Made by a program: the position numbers and the translations under genes. DNA of 64,000 bases from Squalus acanthias (Eukaryota): contig JASTWF010000048.1 of the NCBI GenBank assembly GCA_030390025.1, positions 248,001 through 312,000 on the forward strand, written 5' to 3'. The stretch's first letter is position 1, and each line of letters opens with the position of its first letter. Shown in pieces: positions 9,689 through 22,590 of this stretch. Under the pieces are notes generated by a model. That model saw only the letters and a program-made list of their open reading frames with translations. It was not told where the DNA came from and made no database searches.

Positions 9689-11175
9689 CACAGAGACACA
9701 CTCAGACTGAACCGTACTACAAAAACTCGACCGTCTCAGACACTACCGCCTAACCAGTGCTAATGATAGATAGACCGGCNNNNNNNNNNNNNNNNNNNNN
9801 NNNNNNNNNNNNNNNNNNNNNNNNNNNNNNNNNNNNNNNNNNNNNNNNNNNNNNNNNNNNNNNNNNNNNNNNNNNNNNNNNNNNNNNNNNNNNNNNNNNN
9901 NNNNNNNNNNNNNNNNNNNNNNNNNNNNNNNNNNNCAAATTGCTTTTAATTAATTAAACGATGATGTATCAACGTACTGAATGTCCTTCTTTTAAGATAT
10001 TCTCGTCATTTAAGAACCAGATTGCGTGCTGCAGACAGAACAACACCAGCTTCTCCAGTCTCTGCAGCAAACTGGAGTCGCTCATTCCTGCTATCATTCT
10101 GGTAAATCTCCGCCTTACATTCTCTGCTCCAAGGAGAACACCCCATACAATTAGGAAATAGCTAATGTTAGAACACTTGCAATTCTCACCCACCGATGGT
10201 TCACACGGTGCGAAGGCGAGACGCATCTTCAGATAAGTTTGTCACCGGGACACCTGCCGCATGACGGCGGTTTCAAAATCTGTTGAAAACCGTTTACCCG
10301 CTTCTCTAACATACTCTAGGAGCCTTTTGATGTGTTTTTCAAAGAATCTGCGAATTCAGCTCACCCAAATAATTTAACCCTTGAATTCTCGCTCAGCACA
10401 TAGGAACTCAAACCTGCACTGCCTGTAACAGGAGAACATTTTTCCCAGCAACGTTCCGTTTTTCCAAGAATCATAGAATCCTACAGCACTGAAGGAGGCC
10501 ATTCGGCCCGTCTGGTCTGATGCGGCTCTTTGAAAGACCTATCCAATTTGACCACCACCGGCTTCGTCATACGCCTCTTCAATACACCCATTAGCACATC
10601 CTTCAATTCCTTTCTCTCTCATGTACTTATCTAGCTTCCCCTAAATGCAACGATGCTATTTGACCCAAACACCCCATGTGGTAGCAAGTTTCAGATCCTC
10701 ATCACACTTTGGGTAAAGAGGTTACTCCTGAATTCCCTCTTGCATGTATTAGTGTATATCTTATAAGGACCCTAAGTTTTGATCCCGATTCTCAATTTAG
10801 TCCATCTCCCCTGCTGTTTCCCCATAATCCTGTTTCTTTCTTATCAAGTTTATATCCAATTCCCTTGAATAATTTATTATTGAATCTGCTTCCATCGCCA
10901 TTTCAGGCAATGCATTCCAGATAATAACAACTCTCTGCAATAAAATTTACGTCTCGTCATCTCTCCGCCGGTTTTTTTGTCTATTATCTTAAATCTGTGC
11001 CCTCTGGTTAACGACCCTCCTGCCAGTGGATTTAGATTCTCCCTATCAACTCTATCGAAACCATTCGTAATATTTAACACCTCTATTTGTCCTTTTATTT
11101 AACGTTCTGTGCTGTACGGTTCTATGAAGTTACGAAACTAGCAAAGTTGTGGGATGGGGCGTGGCTTGCATAGTA

Positions 11176-11206
11176 AGTGACGTAAGAGTGACAATTACAA
11201 CCGGAT
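11176..11206 (+). promoter_or_regulatory. Family C V promoter: ETS/CRE composite plus a second ETS site (paralogs near 19480, 28364, 44902, 54666)
   Basis: AGTGACGT here (GGAAGTGACG in the paralogs) followed by ACCGGATG, about 130 bp upstream of the leader ATG; resembles the TCR V-beta promoter decamer AGTGAYRTCA. Confidence 0.6.
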
Positions 11207-11303
11207 GCTTCGTATTTAATCAGATCCAATCGACAAACTACCTTTAAACGTGGTATTTAGCTGCACTAGTTCGCACAGTGAGCCATTGTCGAATGAATAA
11301 ATC

Positions 11304-12226
11304 ATGTTTCATGAAGCTCATTATTTAACGTTGATGGTGGCACTGATCCCACGTAAGTCAAAGTAACAAACTTATGCAGAGTTCTTTGTAGAATAATGTA
11401 TTATAATGCCAGCTGTTGTTCAGCTGGTTGAAATCTTGCCTTTGAATCAGAGGTTTTGGATTGGAGTCTTACTCCTGAGACTTGAGCACAAAGTCGATGC
11501 TGGCAAACCCGAGACCAGCACTGAGGGAGTGCTGCACTATCGGAGATGCCGTGTTTCAGATAAGGTGTTAAACTGAGCTGCCCTCTCAGGTGGCCGTACA
11601 TGATCCCATTGCACTATTGGAAGAAGAGCAGCGAAGTTGTCACCGGTGACCTGGGCCAACATTAATCCCACAACATACACCAAAAAAACAGATGTACTGG
11701 TCATTTATTTCAATGCAGTATGTGGGAGCTTGCTGTGCTCAAATTGGCTGTCTCGTTTCCTTCATTATAACATTGACTGCACTTTAATCAGTACTTCATT
11801 GATTGTAAAGAGCTTTGTGACTTTCTGAGGTCGTGAGTGGCGCTTTATGAATAGAAGATCTTTTTCTCTGTAGTCCGTGCTCAAATAAATTATTGACAAA
11901 AATAAGAAACTAATCGATGTTGCATTCGACAGGAATACTCGCCTCGTACGTGGAGCAGTCGCCTTCTGTCCTATCGATTGGAGCAGGAAAGTCGACCACG
12001 CTCACATGCACGCTGACTAATACTGGCTATACCGAAATGTACTGGTACAGACGAAAACCCGACCGGGCATTAGAAGCTCTTTTCTACTCTGTTGGAGCAG
12101 GAGCTGTTACGAAACACACAACCGAGTCTTTTAAGGCCGAAAGAAGCAGCAATACGCTGTTTACTTGGGAACTGAGCGCCGCCTCTACGTCTCACACCGC
12201 TGTCTATTACTGTGCTTGTAGTACCG
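11304..12226 (+). CDS. TRBV: TCR beta V segment, family C; leader 11304-11352, V exon 11933-12226; 23-RSS 12227-12265
   Basis: Leader MFHEAHYLTLMVALIP|GTAAG; V with C23, WYRR, YYCACST; RSS CACAGCG-23-ACAAAAACC. Confidence 0.87.
11408..11868 (+). mobile_element. tRNA-headed Deu-domain SINE (SacSINE1/AmnSINE1-like) in the family C leader intron; same site in all five C genes (also near 19715, 28598, 45137, 54900)
   Basis: Degenerate A/B boxes, core GAGGGAGTGCTGCACT..GGAGRTGCC..GATCCC..GGCACTATTGGAAGAAGAGCAG, L2-like tail; family assignment from memory. Confidence 0.7.
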
Positions 12227-12284
12227 CACAGCGTTTGAGAAAGCGGCTCCCCCGCAACAAAAACCTTTTAAGTGCTAATTTTCC

Positions 12285-12301
12285 GCCACCAGGTGGCAGC
12301 A
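12285..12301 (+). promoter_or_regulatory. RSS-proximal CTCF motif (paralogs at 20593, 29491, 46030, 55778)
   Basis: GCCACCAGGTGGCAGCA, a near-perfect CTCF core, 20 bp after the nonamer. Confidence 0.8.
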
Positions 12302-12451
12302 CCAGATATTAGTTCAATGGTTGATTTCTACTTCGCTCCTTCCCGGCCTCTCCTCTCTCCAACTCCTTCGTCTCCCGCCCCTCGCATCTCCTATTCCCTC
12401 CTCTGCCCTCCCCGCATTAAATGAGTGGGGACAAGATGGTGAGGGGTGTAG

Positions 12452-12595
12452 TCTGACATCATACGTCATCCACGCCCCGCAACAAGTAACCAATCCGTGC
12501 ACTTGTGATTGAATCAGGAGGAGTGGAGGGGGATGGAAGTGCGGGGCTGTGGGACCGCGTATCTCTCACTCCTGCTCCACTGTCTGAATCTGGTG
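12452..12595 (+). pseudogene. Orphan promoter + leader-like exon with no V exon (other ATG copies at 34281, 46270, 56026)
   Basis: TGACATCA/TGACGTCA and CCAAT, then MEVRGCGTAYLSLLLHCLNL; a GT donor (GTCAGT) is clear only in the 34281 copy. Confidence 0.4.
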
Positions 12596-12644
12596 ATTAG
12601 CTTTGATCAGCGCACGTTTACATTTCAATGCAGTTTTATTTAAT

Positions 12645-13240
12645 AGATAGAGAACGCGAGAGAGAGAGAGGGAGAGAGAGAGTTAGTGAGTGAGGGAGTG
12701 AGAGAGACAGAGACAAATAGAGAGAGAGACAGCGACAGAGACAGAGAGGAAAGAGAGAGACAAAGAGAGAGAGAAAGCGAGTGAAAGAGAGGCAGCGACA
12801 CGAAAGAGAGACACAGAGTGATACATAGCGAGTGAAAGAGAGACACAGCGACAGAGAGGGGAAAGATATATATATATATATAGAGAGAGAGAAAGCGAGT
12901 GAAAGTGAAACACAGAGACAGAGAGAGGAAAGAGAGAGAAATAAATAGGACAGAGAGAGACACAGAGTGAGAAAGCGAGTGAAAGAGAGGCAGAGAGAAA
13001 GAGAGACAGGGAGCGAGAGACAGGAGAGAGAGACTGAGACAGAAAGAGAGACAGAGAGACAAGAGGGAGACACAAACATACACAGACATAGAGAGAGACA
13101 CACATGTACAGAGAGACATAAAGCGAGAGAGACAGAAACATACACAGCCAGACAGGGAGAGAGGCAGAGAGAGAGCCGGATGAACAGCGAGAGAGAAAGA
13201 GAGAGAGAGAGAGATTAAGAGACAGAGAGAGAAAGGGGGA
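12645..13240. repeat. Degenerate (GA)n-rich microsatellite (similar at 34392-34808, 46384-46830, 56136-56730, 62497-62700)
   Basis: GAGA/GACA low-complexity sequence. Confidence 0.95.
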
Positions 13241-13427
13241 GACTTTAGCAAACACGTCGATTTCGATTGTTTGAACTGGAGAAAGAGGATGTATCCATCG
13301 TTGTATTGGTTCCTTATGCTCTTCATATTTTTCTCAATGATTTGAAAAGAGCACTTTGTTTCCTCGCAACACTCAATGTTCCTGCTCTCGCTCCTTCCCT
13401 CATTAGAATTAAACATTAATATAAAAG

Positions 13428-13756
13428 ATCTATCTGTTACTGGGTCTGCTGAACTTGTTCCACCTGAAGAGAAATTTTCAAAAAGTAATTATTGTTAACA
13501 ACCTCCATTTACTTTCTTTCTTTCTTTCTATCTATCTTTCTGTCTTTCGCTCTTGCTCCCATTCCCCATTGCCCGAATGACCCTGTCTACTGACCTCCTC
13601 CTCTCCCCGTCTCTTTCCTGGATGTGAGATCGCAGAGTATCCGCCAGACTCCCGCCGCTGTCTTCAAATTACCTCGGGAGCGTGTGGAACTGAAACAATC
13701 TGTGAAGTCTGTCAGTAACCCTAACATGTTCTGGCACAGACAATATCCGGGGAAGG
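13428..13756 (+). pseudogene. Family A V pseudogene, 3'-truncated, no RSS
   Basis: Leader ATG changed to ATC, donor and acceptor lost; V stops after ..MFWHRQYPGK and joins a CR1 fragment. Confidence 0.85.
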
Positions 13757-14459
13757 CTGCTTTCTCTAGAAAAGAGCATACTGAGGGGTGAGCTGATAGC
13801 GAAAATTATGAAAGGCGTTCGATAGGATAAATTTAGGGAAGATGTTTCCACTTGTGAGGAAGACCAAAGCTCGGAGTCATATATAAAAGATAATCACTAA
13901 TAAGTCCAAATAGGGAATTCAGGAGAAGGTTCTTTACCCAGAGTGTGGCGAGAATGTTGAACTCGCTACCACAGGGAGTAGTGGAGACGAATGACATAGA
14001 TTCAGTTAAGGGGAAGCTAGATAAGCACATGGGGGGAGAAAGGAATAGAAGGTCATGCTGATCGGGCAAAACATCAACCTGTCCTGTCTGAAGTATTGAG
14101 CAAATTCAGTCAGCCGAGGTCACTGTCTTTAAATGGTAGGTGAAGTTGGCTCCAAGCAAAACAAATGAAAATAATCAATGCAAAAAGAAAGAAAGAAAAG
14201 ACGGTATGAAAAAAGAAAGAAAGAGGGAAATAAAGATATAAGTAAAGAAGGACAAAACGATATAATGGTAAGGGAAAAAAAGGATAGAGAAAGAAAGACA
14301 GAAAGACAGAAAGAAAGAAAGAAAAAAAGAAAGAAAGAAAGAAAGAAAGAAATTAAACAGACGGGTGGGTTTTGGTCGACTGACGCTCTGTTTCTCCACA
14401 AGGACAGCAGAGCGTGGTCTAGGACCATGAAACACATCTGTGCCTGGAACATGGTTTAA

Positions 14460-15270
14460 TAGGACTATAGGAACAGAAGGAGTCCATTCAGCTCTTAAAA
14501 CTTGCTTCGCCATTCAATTGGATCATAACTGGATCTTATCTTAAATCCATCGACCCGCTTTTGCTTTCTATCTCTTGATCTGCTTACCAAGAAAAAAATC
14601 TATCAATCTCGGTCTAGAAATCTTCAATTGACCGCCAGCACCCACATCGTTTTCGGGCAGAGAGTTGAAGATTCTCACTGCCCTTTCTGTAAAGAAGTGC
14701 TTCCAGCCCGCACACCTGAAAGGCTTAGCTCTCACTGTAAAGTTATGCCCTGTTGTTCTGGACTCCGCCACCAGTGGACATACTTTCATTCTATCTACCC
14801 TATGAATTCCTTTTAACATTAAAAGTCTAAATCAGTTCACCCCTCAATCTTCTATACTCAAGGGCAGACAAGCCTATTCTATACAAACTGTCGTCATAAT
14901 TTAACCCTGTAAGCCCTGCTAACATTCTGGTGAATCTGCCTTGCACTCCCTCCAAGGGCAAAGCGTCCTTCCTGAGGTGCGTTCCCCAGAACTGAACCCA
15001 GTTTGCCAGATGGAGTCTGACCAGGGCTCTGTCCAACTGAAGCATAACTTCCTCCCTTTTGTATTCCAGCCTCCTTGACATAAAGGCCAACATTGAATTA
15101 AACTGTTTGATTCCTTTTTGCACCTCTGTCCTAGCTTTTAGTGATTTGTTTACCTGGCCAACTAAATCTCTTTGCTTCTCGACAGTTTCCAGCTTCTCAT
15201 CAGTTAGAAAACACTCTGATGTTTCTTCCTCAGGCCCCCAGTGGATGACCTCATACTTGCCCACGTTCCA
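14460..15270 (-). mobile_element. Decayed CR1 3' fragment (similar at 6690-8150, 16950-17710, 37060-37850, 42010-43020, 48230-49030, 50660-51420, 57900-58450, 60110-60880)
   Basis: Remnants EVMLQL.RALVR.HL, VQ.RFTR, RLRG.LI and CR1 3' UTR. Confidence 0.85.
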
Positions 15271-15715
15271 CGTTAAACTCTACCTGCCACTGTTTTTTTC
15301 TCATTCACGTAAGCTGTTTAGGTCAACTTTGAAACTTCCTTCTCCCATCTGCTCCACTTACTGCCAAACAGAGAGGGAGGGGCTGGACTGTCAATCAGCG
15401 TGGGATGGGCGGGACTATGTTTCCGAGAGTGAGGGCGGGTCTGTCAATCAGCGTGGGAGGGGCAGGTCTGTGAATCAGTGTGGGGGGCGGGACTATGTTT
15501 CAGAGCGTGAGGGCGGGCCTGTCAATCCGCGTGGGAAGTGGTGGGCTGTAAATCAGCTTTGGAGTGGAGGAGCGGTGCTGTCAATCAGAGAGGGAGGGGC
15601 CTGCATCACTTGCTTCCACTCGTCAATGATTTGAAAAGAGCGGTTTGGATCCTCAGAAGACTCATTGCTCTTGTTTTTGCTGATTTCATTTTTAAAATAA
15701 ATCTTAATATAAAAG

Positions 15716-16217
15716 ATGTATCTGTTACTGAGTCTCATGATCTTATTTCAATGTAAGTGATTTTTTTCAAACAATAATCTTTGTTAATAACCTTTCTTCA
15801 GTCTTTCTTTTTTTCGATGTTTCCTTCATTCTTTCTTTCTCTCGCTCTTTACTTCTTTCTGCCTCCACAACCCAGAATGCTCCTGTTTATTGACCTCCTC
15901 CTCTCCCCGTCTCTTTCCCAGACGTGAAATCAGAGACGGTCCGCCAGACTCCCGCCGCTCTCTCCAATATTCCTGGGGATGGAGTGGAACTAAAGTGCGA
16001 CGTGGAGGGCGCCATTAGCGGTTACATATACTGGTACAGACAGGATCCGGGGAAGGGGCCGCAGTTGATGTTTTACTCCATGAGGAACAATCACGTGGAT
16101 CCAGAGGGGACGGTGGACAGTTTTACAGCCAAGCGACCTAATGGCAACGAGTTCAACCTGAAGACCTCCAGCCTGCTGGCGAATCACTCGGCCGTGTATT
16201 ACTGCGCCTGGAGTCTT
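15716..16217 (+). CDS. TRBV: TCR beta V segment, family A; leader 15716-15752, V exon 15922-16217; 23-RSS 16218-16256
   Basis: MYLLLSLMILFQ|GTAAG; YYCAWS; CACAGTG-23-ACAAAAACC. Confidence 0.9.
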
Positions 16218-19200
16218 CACAGTGACTCAGAGAGATGGAGGAGCTCAACAAAAACCACAAAGGCTGCAGAAAACACCTGTGGATGATGAAACCGCGCGGT
16301 GCCGCATCCTGTTGGGTTTATTTTACAGAGCGAATGTGTTGTGACAAGAAGGAATGGTTTTGAACAAATGAGAGAAATTACATTACAAAAAGGTTCTGGA
16401 GAAGCTGCAAAGGAAGATTAAGTTAAATGTAGTGAAGAAAGCAAGGAAGATGGAAAGGAAGATAGAAAGAAAGAAGGAAAGAAAGAGAGAAAGAAAGAAA
16501 AAAGACAGAAAGACAGCAAGAAAGAATGATATAAAGAAAGAAACAAGTCCGAAAAGAAAGAAAGGAAGATAGAAAGAAAGGAATTCAGAAACAAAGGAAG
16601 AAAGATCGACAGAACGAAAGAAAGTTACACAGGAACAAAAAAAAATAGATAAAAATAAGGAAATTAAGTAAAAAGACTGTCGAGCTTTTACACACTGACA
16701 ATGTGTTTTATTTCTCCACAGAGACAACAGAGGGCGCTCTAATACCATGAACCACAAGTTTGCTTGTAATATGGTTTAATATGGAATAGAAGGTGTTCAT
16801 CCATTCCCCTTGAGCCTGTTACATAGTAACAGGAGCAGGCCATTAAGCATCCTCGGGACCGTATACACAGAAACAGGAAGAGGCCATTCAGCCACACGAG
16901 CCTGTTACACAGTAAAAGGAGTAGGCCATTCAGCCCCTCGACACTGCTATGCCAGCCAATGAGATCATGGTTGATGAGTATCTTCATTCAATCTAACCGC
17001 TTTTGCTCCATGAATTTCGATACACTTACCCAACAAATATCTATCAGTCACAGTCTTGAAAGCTCCAATTGACCCTCACCTTCAACAGATTCAGGGAGGA
17101 GTGGTTTCCAGATTTACACTACCATTGTGTGAAGAGTTGATTTTTGATACAACGCCTGAACGACCTAACTCTAACTTTAAGGTAACTCCCCCCTGTTCTG
17201 GACTCACCCACCAGAGGAAATAGTTTCTCTCTATCTACCCTATCAACTTATTTTAACATTTACAAAACTCAATCAGTTCAGCACTGAATATTCTATACTC
17301 AAGATAATACAGGCCAATTTTCGCAATCCTTCCTCATAATTTAACCCTCTCAGTGCCGGGTATCAATCTGGTGAATCTGCGCTGCATCCCCTCCAAGTCT
17401 AATATATCCTTCCTGAGGTGCAGTTCCCAGAATTGAACTCAGTACTCCAGATGGGGTCTGACTAAGTCTATATATGACAGAAGAATAACGTCCTGCCCTT
17501 TTTATTCCAGACCCCTTGAGATAAAGGACAACATCCCTTTAGCCTTTTTGATTCATTTTTTCCGTCTACCGACATTGAGTGATTTGTTTACCTGGACAGT
17601 TAAATCTCTTTGCTCCTCCGTAGTTCCTACCTTCTCACCATTTAGTAAATGCTCTGATCTAGCTTTGTTCGGTACAAAGGGAATGAACTCGCACTTGCCC
17701 ACGTTAAATTTCTTCTTCCACTGTTTTGCCCGCTCAGTTAATCTCTGTGTCCCCTTTGCAACTCTCGGTTCCCATCTGCTCTACGTACTGCCAATCAGTG
17801 AGGGAGGGGCCGGTCTGTCCATTGGAGACGGTGGGGAGGGGCTGCAAATCACCGTGGTATGAGTAATTAAAAATTGAATATCGTTCTTTTAAGATATTAT
17901 CGACATTTTAAAAACCCGATTGCGTGATGAGGTAAATGTGTTAACGGCAGAGGGAGGAATAATGTACAGGAGGCTCCCGTTTATACCAGTGAGTGAACAC
18001 TGTTATTTGCGCTATTTCAGTAGTGACGAGAGATGCGCTTAATATCGTAGAATCATCGCATGATAAAACACAGCAGGAGGCCATTCGACCCATCGAGTCT
18101 GTGCCGGCTCTGTGAAAAGCTATCAAATCAGTCTCTATTGAATCTGCTTCCACCACACTTCCAAACATTGCATTCCAAAACATAACTTGCTGAGTAAAAT
18201 AATTCTACATATCTCGTCCTCTGGCTCTCTTTCCAATTATTTTTAAACTGTGTCCTTTGTTTAACGAATCTTCTGCCACTGGAAACAGTTTCTCCTTATT
18301 TACTCTATCAAAATCCTTCATCATTTAGATAGTTCCTATTAAATCTCCCCTTAACCTTCATTGCTGCAGGGAGAACAACACCAGCTTCCCAGTCTCTCCA
18401 CACAACTGGTAAGATTCTGGTAAATCTCCGCCTAACATTCTCTGCTCTAAGGAGAACACCCCATACTATTAGCAAGTAGTTGATGGTCGAGCCCTTAAAA
18501 ATGTCACCGATGTTTCACACTGTGCGAAGGCGAATCGCAACTTCAGATATGTTTGTCTCCAGGACACCTGCTTCATGACGGCGGTTTCAGTATCTGTTGA
18601 AAACCGTTTACCCGCTTCTCTATCAGACACTAGGCGCCTTTTGATGTGTTTTACAAAGAATCTGCATATTCAGCCCAGCAATACATTTAACCCTTGAATT
18701 CTCGTTCAGCACATAGGAACTCAAACCTGCACTGCCTGAAACAGGAAAACATTTTCCCTGCAAGGTTCCGTTTTTCCTAGATTGAGAATCCGACAGAACT
18801 GAAGGAGTCCATTCGGCCCATCGTGTCTGATCCGGCTCTTTTGAAGACATATCAAATTGACCCCCGGGCTTCGTCCTGCCCCTCTTCAATACACCCATCA
18901 GCTTATCCTTCGATTCCTTTCTCTCTCATGTACTTTCTAGCTTCCCCTTAAATGCAACCATGCTATTTGGCTCAACCATTCCATGTGGCAGCAAGTTCCA
19001 CATTGTCACCACACTTTGGGTAAAGAGATTTCTCCTGAATTCCCTCTTGGATTGATTTGTGTTTATCGCATTACACCCCAAGTTTTGGTTCCTCTTATCC
19101 ATTTAGTACCACTCCCCTGCTCTGTCCCCATAGCCCTGTCTTTTTTTCCTTATCGAGTTTATATCCAATTCCCTTTTGAAAGTTATTATTGAATCTGCTT

Positions 19201-19610
19201 CCACCGCCATTTCAGGCAATGCATTCCAGATTATGAAAACTGCCTGTAATAAAATTTATGTCCTCTCATCTCCCCGTTGGTTGTACTGCTAATTATCTTA
19301 AATCTGTGCCCTCTGGTTAAGGTCCCTCCTGCCAGTGGATATAGTTTCTCCCTAACAACTCTGTCAAAACCATTCGTAATTTTAAAACCTCTATTAGTTC
19401 TCTCCTTAACCTTCTGTGATGTACGATTCTATGACGTTGCTGAACTACCGAAGGAATGAGATGGAGCGTATGTTACGCAGGAAGTGACGTTTCAATGACA
19501 ATTACAACCGGATGCTTCGTATTTAATCAGCTCGAACAGACAAACTGGCTTTAAACGTGGTATTGAGCTTTTCTCGATCCAACAGCGAGCCAGTGTCGAA
19601 TGAATAAATC

Positions 19611-20517
19611 ATGTTTCATGAAGCTCATTATCTAACGTTGATGGTGGCACTGATCCCACGTAAGTCAAAGTAACAAACTTATGCAGTGGTCTTTGTAGTT
19701 TAATGTATTATAATGTCAGCTGTTGTTTAGCTGGTTGAAAACCTGCCTCTGAATCAAAGGTTATGGGTTCGTGTCTTACTCCTGTGACTTGAACACTAAA
19801 TCTATGCTGTTACTCCCGAGACCAGCGCTGAGGGAGTGCTGCACTTTCGGAGGTGCCATCTTACAGATAAGGCGTTAAACCGAGCTGCCCTCTCAGGTGG
19901 ACTTAAATGATCCCATGAAGAAAGCAGCGACGTTGTCGCCGGTGTCCTAGGCCAACATTAACCCCACAACAAACACCAAAAAACAGATGTACTGGTCATT
20001 TATTTCAATGCAGTATGTGGGAGCTTGCTGTGCTGAAAATGGCTGCCTCCTTTCCGACATTACAACAATGACTACATTTTAATCGGTACTTCATTGGTTG
20101 TAAAGAGCTTTGTGACATTCTGAGGTCTTGAATGCGCTTTATGAATGGAAGTTCTTTTTTTCTGTAGTCCGCGCCCTAAATAATTGACAAAAACAAGAAA
20201 CTAATCGCTGTTGCATTCGACAGGAATACTCGCCTCGTACGTGGACCAGTCGCCTTCTGTCCTATCGATTGGAGCAGGAGAGACGACCACGCTCAGATGC
20301 ACGCTGACGAATACTGGCTATAATCATATGTACTGGTACAGACAGCAACCCGACCGGGCATTAGAAGCTCTTTTCTATTCTGTTGGAGCAGGAGCTGTTA
20401 CGAAATACACGTCCGAGTCTTTTAAGGCAGAAAGAAGCAGCGATACGCTGTTTCATTTGGAACTGAGCGCCGCCTCTCCGTCTCACACCGCTGTCTATTA
20501 CTGTGCTTGTAGTATCG
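19611..20517 (+). CDS. TRBV: TCR beta V segment, family C; leader 19611-19659, V exon 20224-20517; 23-RSS 20518-20556
   Basis: Intact leader and splice sites; YYCACSI; CACAGCG-23-ACAAAAACC. Confidence 0.87.
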
Positions 20518-21788
20518 CACAGCGTTTGAGAAAGCGGCTTCCCCGCTACAAAAACCTGCCGCGGATGAATGGGGGTTAAATGCTCATTTTCCACCACCAG
20601 GTGGCAGCATTAGATTTTATTTCCGTGCAAATATTCTGCCACCAAGTCATAGAATCATAGACTGATACAGCACGGAAGGAGGTCATTCTGCCCCACCTTC
20701 CTGTACCGGGGCTTTCAAAGAGCTATCCAATTAGTCCTATTCCCGTGCCTTTGCCGCACAGCCCAGTAAACGTCCCGCTTCAAGTGTGTATCCAATTGCC
20801 TTTGGAAAGTTAAAATTTAACCTGCTTCCTCCACCCATTCGGGCAGTGCATTTCAATCCATAACAGCTCGCTCTACAATAAAAAAAATCATCATACCCTT
20901 ATCCGGTCCTTAAATTTGTGCCCACTGGTGACCGACGCTACTGCCACTGGATGCAGTTTCTCCTGATTTACTCTATCAAAACACTTCATGATTTTGAACA
21001 CTTACATTAAATCCCCCCTTAATCGTCTCTGCCCGACAGAGAACAATCCCATCTTCTCTAGTCTTTCAATGTGACTGAATACCCTTGTCCCTGGTACCAT
21101 TTATTAGATCTCCTCTGCACCCCCTCAAAAGGCTTCATACACTTCCGATAGTGTGGTGTTCAGTATCGGAACCAAAACTCCAGCTGTTTCCATAACCCAT
21201 GATACCTTTACCCAACAAAAATCGAAGTTTTGAAATCTCCAGTTGACCTCTGGCCTCAACAGTACTTTGGGCGAGAGAACTGCAGATTTTCATTATTCAT
21301 TGTGTCAAGAGGTGCCTCCAGATATGACCCTTGTTCGACCTCGCTTTAATGCTCAGCTGATGACCCCTAGTTCTGGACAGCCCCTCACCAGAGGGAATAC
21401 CTTCTCTCTATCTACAGTCTCCAATACTTTTAACATTTTCAACACTTCAGTAGGATCACTGCTCAATCTTCTGTACTCAATGGACTACAAGACTAGTCTA
21501 TGTAGTCTGTCTCATAAGGGACTATTTCAAAAAGTAATTCCTGTTAATAACCTTTCTTTANNNNNNNNNNNNNNNNNNNNNNNNNNNNNNNNNNNNNNNN
21601 NNNNNNNNNNNNNNNNNNNNNNNNNNNNNNNNNNNNNNNNNNNNNNNNNNNNNNNNNNNNNNNNNNNNNNNNNNNNNNNNNNNNNNNNNNNNNNNNNNNN
21701 NNNTTCTCTGCTTCTTTCTTTCTTTCTTTCTTTCTCCATTGCAACGAATGTCCCTGTTTATTGACCTCCTCCCCGTCTCTTTCTCAAA

Positions 21789-21972
21789 CGTGAACTCATA
21801 TCCAGCGAAGGAGCCGCAGTTAATGTTTTTCTCCCTAACTGTACAAAGTGTAACTGCAGAGGGGGCGGTGAATGGTTTTACCACCGAGCGACCGAATGAT
21901 TACAACTTCAACCTGAAGTCCACCAGCCTGCGTGCGAATGACTCGACCGTGTATTACTGCGCCTGGAGTCTT
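21789..21972 (+). pseudogene. Family A V pseudogene (no leader, acceptor AG->AA, FR1-CDR1-WYRQ deleted, degenerate nonamer)
   Basis: VNS|YPAKEPQLMFFS...YYCAWS; CACAGTG-23-AAAAAATAT. Confidence 0.88.
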
Positions 21973-22292
21973 CACAGTGACTCAGAGAGATGGAGGTGCT
22001 CAAAAAAATATTCGAAACGCGGCTGGAAACACCTGTTTAAGATAAAACCGCGCGGTGCTGCGTCCTGTTTGGTTTATTTTGGAGAGCGACCGTGCTTTTA
22101 AGAAGAAGAGGAGACGGGTTTGATTTAACCTGAGAGATTAGATGTAGAGGCACTGAAGAAGCTGCAAATCAGGAATAACAAGAATTATACCAGAACAGAG
22201 AAGTTATAACTATCATGAAAGGCTGAACAGGCTGGGGCTCTTTTCTCTAGAAAGGAGGAGGCTGAGTGGTGACATGATAGAGATCTTCAAGA

Positions 22293-22590
22293 TTGGCTTC
22301 CGTTTAAGCAGCGCCTCGATTTCAAAATTCTCATCCTTGTTTTCAAATCCCTCCATGCCCTCGGCCCTCCCTATCTCTGAAATCCCCTTCAGCCCCATAA
22401 CCCCCGAGATATCTGGGCTCCTCTAATTCTGCCCTCTTCAGCATCTCTGATTATAATCGCTCAACCATCGGTGGCCGTGCCTTCTGTTGCCTCGGCCCTA
22501 AGCTCTGCATTTCCCCCCTAAACCTGTCAGCCGATGCTACCTCTCTTTCCTCCTTTAAGACGCTCCTTAAAACCTACCTTTTTGATCATT
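22293..22590 (+). mobile_element. L2 LINE 3' fragment (duplicate at about 25444-25741)
   Basis: Encodes WLPFKQRLDFKILILVFKSLHALGPPYL, typical of the L2 ORF2 C-terminus. Confidence 0.75.

Noticed and set aside
9780-9935. N-runs (this and about a dozen others) and X-containing ORFs
   Set aside because: Masked or gap sequence, mostly where simple repeats occur in paralogs; content cannot be assessed
10200-10450. Conserved non-TE-looking block upstream of family C genes (also near 18510, 27380, 53690, 63880)
   Set aside because: No consistent ORF or recognisable motif; similarity explained by cassette duplication
11274-11301. CACAGTG heptamers outside V ends (11274, 22820, 38046) as D/J or cryptic RSS
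   Set aside because: No acceptable nonamer at 12 or 23 bp; no J (FGXG) or D segment found
8541-12265. Assignment to TCR delta, NAR-TCR or IgH/IgNAR because of the CAC ending
   Set aside because: No octamer promoters, no V-D-J-C clusters or adjacent D segments; the MYWYRQ / FYS / F.A.R frameworks and CAWS fit TCR beta better, although chain identity is unproven without the C region
16291-16306. CCGCGCGGTGCCGC motif about 35 bp after family A RSSs as another CTCF site
   Set aside because: Three mismatches at key core positions; cannot be supported without a matrix score
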